Below, piece by piece: positions 62,179 to 64,000 of a stretch of 64,000 nt of DNA; position 1 is the stretch's first letter, and the number at the start of each line of letters is the position of its first letter. The notes under the pieces were generated by a model. That model saw only the letters and a list, made by a program, of their open reading frames with translations. It had not been told where the DNA came from and searched no databases. This DNA comes from Pyrinomonadales bacterium (lineage in GTDB: Bacteria > Acidobacteriota > Blastocatellia > Pyrinomonadales > Pyrinomonadaceae): the NCBI GenBank assembly GCA_038200355.1, contig JBBPXZ010000006.1, positions 9,954 to 73,953 of the forward strand, in the 5' to 3' direction. Position numbers and translations under genes: made by a program.

Positions 62179-63093
62179 GTGAATTTACAACCGGTCGCAA
62201 ACATCATCGGGAATCAGCTTTATAAAAATCCGCAGCAAACGGCGGCTGGTACGAATGCAGTTCCGAATCGCCTCGAACGACTGAACGAAGCGAATAAACG
62301 GGAAGTTTTGGATTTTCTCTCCGTTCGTCCGGTTCACACGGTCGTTATGGCGAGTTTTATTCAGGACAACGGAATCGAAAGTGAAAATAATCGCGGCAGA
62401 TTTTACGGTTATCGATGTGCGAACGGAACGCTCGAAGGCGTCGCGCTCATCGGACACACGACGCTGCTCGAATCGCGCTCCGACAACGCTCTGACGGCTT
62501 TCGCCTTTGCCGCCCGCCAATCGGAAACGGCAATTCATATAATGATGTCGGACGGAAAAACCGTCGAAACCTTCTGGCAAAGTTTCGCCGGAAACTCGCG
62601 CCGGGCGCGTTTAACCTGCACCGAACTGCTGTTTGAACTGAGTTTTCCGTTTTTGACACAAGAATCGAAATGGATTCCGCGCCTCGCAAAACCGGGAGAA
62701 CTCGAACAAATCGCCGCGGCGCACGCCGAGGTCGCCTTTGTCGAAAGCGGCATCGACCCGATGCGAACAGACCGAAGCGGTTTTCTCAAACGCACGCTGC
62801 GAAGAATCGAACAGAAACGCACTTTTGCAGTATTTCAGGACGACAAACTAATCTTTAAAGCCGACATTGCCGCCGAAACCGCCGATACGATTTACCTTGA
62901 GGGAATTTACGTCGCGCCGGAATTTCGCGGGCAGGGAATCGCTTCGAGCTGCCTGTCGAAACTCTGCGCCGAACTGCTCGTTCGCGTGGAACACATCTGC
63001 CTGCTGAGCAACGTCGAAGCCGCAGGCGCGCACCGCAGCTTTTTAAAAGCCGGATTTAAAAATACCGATTCCGCAACGACAATTTTTGTTTAA
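62179..63093 (+). CDS. GNAT family N-acetyltransferase with N-terminal DUF4081-like domain
   Basis: A GTG start has GGGAGG 9 nt upstream. The acetyl-CoA motif is IYVAPEFRGQGIASSCLSKL. It lies 36 nt after the S8 stop. Confidence 0.78.
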   Translation: MNLQPVANIIGNQLYKNPQQTAAGTNAVPNRLERLNEANKREVLDFLSVRPVHTVVMASFIQDNGIESENNRGRFYGYRCANGTLEGVALIGHTTLLESRSDNALTAFAFAARQSETAIHIMMSDGKTVETFWQSFAGNSRRARLTCTELLFELSFPFLTQESKWIPRLAKPGELEQIAAAHAEVAFVESGIDPMRTDRSGFLKRTLRRIEQKRTFAVFQDDKLIFKADIAAETADTIYLEGIYVAPEFRGQGIASSCLSKLCAELLVRVEHICLLSNVEAAGAHRSFLKAGFKNTDSATTIFV

Positions 63094-63135
63094 CAAAAAA
63101 AACAATAGACAATGTTGTTGTCATTAGTTCATAAT

Positions 63136-63169
63136 GGGGAACAGGTTTAACCTTTCCCCTTATTTTTTA
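63136..63169 (+). terminator. probable intrinsic terminator after the GNAT gene
   Basis: GGGGAA-12 nt-TTCCCC is followed by TTATTTTTT. Confidence 0.55.
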
Positions 63170-63280
63170 CGGATTATCCGGCGGAAAGCCGAAAACATTT
63201 CTTAACCGCCGCCTCAAAAAAGCAGCCGAAAAATTTCCGCCCTTTTTTCCCGGTTCGTTCCGGCAGTTATTACCAGATTT

Positions 63281-64000
63281 ATGAGTAAGGCACTGCAAAA
63301 CAAAAGCTATATGCCGGCGATTCTGGCAGCCGGTTTTGTGTGTCTGCTCGGCGCGATTGTCAATTTTCCAACCGAAAGGCTCGATTTCAAATTTTTAATT
63401 CTTTTCTGTTTTACGCTCGGTCTCGGCTCGCGGATAACGCTTCAGATTCCGCGCTTCAAATCGCACATCGCTGTTTCCGACACGTTTATTTTTCTCGCGC
63501 TGCTGATGTACGGCGGCGAATTCGCAATCGTTCTCTCGGCGGTCGAAGCGTTTTTCTCGTCGTGGCGCTTCTGCAACAAAAAAATAACCGTATTTTTCAA
63601 CTCGGCGGTAATGGCTTTATCGACAACCGTTGTCGTTCTCACGCTTAAATTATTCGGCTTTTACGGCGAAAGCCGTCTGCGCGGACACGACGGCGATTTC
63701 GGCAATTTCGTTATTGTGCTGTCGATAATGGCATTAACGCAGTTTGCCGCAAATACTACGTTCTGCTCGATTTACGCGGCGCTCAAGAGTGAAAAGCCGT
63801 TTTGGGAAACGTGGAAAAGCCAGTATGTCTGGACGTATATTACATACATCGTCGGCGCGGGAAGCGCCGGATTTTTATTGCAGCTCAACGAGCGGCTCGG
63901 TTTCGGCGTCGTCCTCGCGTCATTTCCTATCATCTATTTCGTTTATCTGACTTACCGGATGTATATGAAAAACGTCGAAATCTCGCTCGCTCAGGTCGAG
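63281..64000 (+). CDS. polytopic membrane protein, N-terminal part (probable membrane sensor module of a signalling protein); 3' end lies outside the window
   Basis: This frame is not in the supplied ORF track. It is open from ATG 63281 to the window end (240 codons, translated by hand: MSKALQNKSYMPAILAAGFVCLLGAIV...) and has 6-7 hydrophobic helices. Confidence 0.6.
   Translation, partial: MSKALQNKSYMPAILAAGFVCLLGAIVNFPTERLDFKFLILFCFTLGLGSRITLQIPRFKSHIAVSDTFIFLALLMYGGEFAIVLSAVEAFFSSWRFCNKKITVFFNSAVMALSTTVVVLTLKLFGFYGESRLRGHDGDFGNFVIVLSIMALTQFAANTTFCSIYAALKSEKPFWETWKSQYVWTYITYIVGAGSAGFLLQLNERLGFGVVLASFPIIYFVYLTYRMYMKNVEISLAQVE

Overview
This is a 64-kb chromosomal, mostly housekeeping segment of a diderm bacterium. 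I call about 58 protein genes and 2 tRNAs, and saw no rRNA, CRISPR array, integrase, transposase or phage genes. The gene content looks Acidobacteriota-like: a Tat-DUF1501/DUF1800 pair, several TonB_C proteins, a PilN starting ..NLATQPFRNR, bactofilin, and GT9-ICMT-DUF3108 envelope genes. That placement is inference only; no search was possible.

Gene order:
- mrdA (3' part), rodA, mrcA
- receiver, esterase, lipoprotein, tRNA-Ala(GGC), crotonase, PilZ
- trxB; ttcA; bactofilin, bpt, small acidic ORF
- exported histidine phosphatase, glcD, tRNA-Thr(TGT); exported hypothetical; pgsA
- DUF1800-DUF1501 operon
- AlkA-like glycosylase, sigma54-driven small secreted protein, lon, LysM lytic transglycosylase
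- YdeP-like molybdoenzyme, ypfJ; alpha/beta hydrolase, HU/IHF, M50 protease, low-GC TonB_C gene
- ppx; CBS, sixA; rluD, lgt, uma2, grpE, clpB
- nucleoside-salvage block: 2 BMP-type ABC permeases, PNP, udk, cdd, exported amidohydrolase
- TonB protein
- FHA-GGDEF, pilN, pilO, PilP-like, pseudopilin-like
- GT9, ICMT, DUF3108
- S8 subtilase, GNAT; start of a polytopic membrane protein

Most interesting observations:
1. A signal-peptide-bearing S8 subtilase has an N-terminal ~170 aa that is a clear but catalytically dead copy of a ClpB/ClpA D1 AAA+ domain (P-loop GEPGVGKT replaced by DETGENQQ). Its C-terminus is eight tandem GVL(I/V)SD hexapeptides.
2. Nearly every gene junction longer than ~80 nt holds a long hairpin whose arms are tandem 7- or 9-nt words. 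The word differs from locus to locus, and several hairpins sit inside operons.
3. A ~102-nt element with 12-bp terminal inverted repeats occurs twice. Its flanks are near-identical and its 16-17-nt core is completely diverged. One copy replaces the 3' end of a gene.
4. A second dispersed hairpin family (GTCTCAAAAA...TTTTTGAGAC) is present.
5. An ~0.8-kb low-GC islet contains one TonB_C gene.
6. A pilN-pilO-pilP-like cluster lacks pilM/pilQ and lies downstream of an FHA-GGDEF gene.

All family calls rest on motifs I could read by eye. No database search, folding or statistics were run.
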